A stretch of DNA of 11,005 bases from NCBI RefSeq assembly GCF_000150275.1, contig NW_002061099.1:1-11005 (forward strand). Reading direction: 5' to 3'. The stretch comes from Trichoplax adhaerens (lineage: Eukaryota > Animalia > Placozoa). Below the pieces are notes generated by a model. It searched no databases. It saw only the letters and a list, made by a program, of their open reading frames with translations, and had not been told where the DNA came from. Made by a program: the position numbers and the translations under genes. Shown in pieces: positions 10,114-11,005 of this stretch (position 1 is the stretch's first letter; each line of letters begins with the position of its first letter).

Positions 10114-10256
10114 GTATCCATGTATTGCTTCATTTACGATTTTTACCATATGGTCTGTGTCGTCAGTGCCTAAATAGTTCATATTTTGAAAAACAAAAAA
10201 GCTTTCTTTAATTCTGTCATAGTCTATTAATTGAACAGAATCCATCTCCATTTGTT
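10114..10256 (-). pseudogene. Upstream part of the HNH-domain gene (...FQNMNYLGTDDTDHMVKIVNEAIHGY), apparently frameshifted or truncated at its 5' side
   Basis: The frame ends in IHGY at the gap, and AGR starts on the other side. This fits a GYKxQDxxAGR-type motif I recall preceding this HNH type. Confidence 0.5.
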
Positions 10257-10535
10257 AAAGTAAAGATTATTAATGTGTCCACTAACAAGTTTGGCCTCTA
10301 ACTGGCTAGCTACTTCTAATGATGGAGTTACTTTAGGCATCCACATTGAAACATGTGATATTTTAAATTTTCCGTCATCAATATTACTATCTTTTAAAAT
10401 GTAGTTAGCTGTGGCAGCCCTATCGAGTTGTAAAGTATGTTTAACACCTCTAAATACTGTATCGACATCTTTACAGAATCCAAATATAGAACTTAGAGGT
10501 ATTAAAAGTGATATTTGTTTATCACCTGTTAATAG
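10257..10535 (-). pseudogene. Internal fragment of a Polinton/Maverick-type double-jelly-roll major capsid protein
   Basis: Manual translation (frame open 10535 to stop at 10227): LLTGDKQISLLIPLSSIFGFCKDVDTVFRGVKHTLQLDRAATANYILKDSNIDDGKFKISHVSMWMPKVTPSLEVASQLEAKLVSGHINNLYF. The IPLxxIFGFCxD...GxKHxLxLxR and IxxxSxWMPxVxP motifs are characteristic of Polinton capsid proteins. A TAA lies immediately upstream and there is no 5' start codon. Confidence 0.75.
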
Positions 10536-10825
10536 TTAATAGAAATTACTATGTGTGAATATTAGTTGTCACCTCTTTAAGTATACTATAGTGCACAGAG
10601 TCTACAACAAGTATGATTAGGCTATTAATAAAATTACAATTAACGAGTACCTAATAAATAAAGATTAACAACTAATAAAATCTTAATTACTGAAAATAAC
10701 GCTACGATTAATTTACGGAGTCTGTACTTCGTCACAGGTATGCATTCTAGACTTAGGTTCTGCAGCGAAGCAGCAGAAAGAAGTAAGATATTAAATTAGT
10801 GCTTGCGAATTTTATCCAAATGTTT

Positions 10826-11005
10826 TTAAAATGCTACATACATAAATTTCACTTCATTGACTACATCATTGCATACAATACCGATTGGGATCTTACCATC
10901 GTACTTAACCAGAACATGCATCGCTTTAGTATTCATAGATTCTCTCATAAAAAATTGCCAATCACTAAAAGTCACCACAATTTCTTGCGTTTTCTCCGCT
11001 GTCTT
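10826..11005 (-). CDS. Possible 3' end or exon of an unidentified gene entering from the window edge
   Basis: 59 open codons from the edge (KTAEKTQEIVVTFSDWQFFMRESMNTKAMHVLVKYDGKIPIGIVCNDVVNEVKFMYVAF*). No recognisable motif. Confidence 0.3.
   Translation of the reverse strand, partial: KTAEKTQEIVVTFSDWQFFMRESMNTKAMHVLVKYDGKIPIGIVCNDVVNEVKFMYVAF

Larger units (their letters stand above)
7496..10535. mobile_element. Degenerate or internally deleted Polinton/Maverick-like (endogenous DJR-capsid virus) remnant; boundaries uncertain
   Basis: A capsid-like fragment, an HNH-like gene end, a compact intronless convergent ORF with an 18-bp intergenic space and a repeat-rich flanking block occur together. 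No pPolB, integrase, ATPase or paired TIRs are visible. Confidence 0.6.

Noticed and set aside
9248-10177. 309-aa plus-strand ORF
   Set aside because: Mostly N, and its flanks are antisense to the minus-strand gene.

Overview
AT-rich, probably eukaryotic draft-scaffold sequence with two N-gaps (6654-7212, 9341-10113). The left part (1-6652) is a near-perfect head-to-tail tandem array of a 2715-bp unit (about 2.45 copies). Each unit carries an older, diverged internal duplication built from 129-bp subunits and no convincing intact gene. The right part (7213-10535) looks like a remnant of a Polinton/Maverick-like (endogenous Preplasmiviricota-type) element. It has a structured non-coding block with 78-bp direct repeats enclosing five ~72-bp units and many TATGTGGAACA motifs, an intact 121-aa orphan ORF, and a convergent minus-strand gene ending in a Zn-binding HNH-like domain and split by the second gap. 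It also has a ~93-aa fragment resembling a double-jelly-roll major capsid protein, which the ORF track missed. A possible further CDS end enters from the right edge. All family assignments are by-eye motif recognition and need HMM confirmation.
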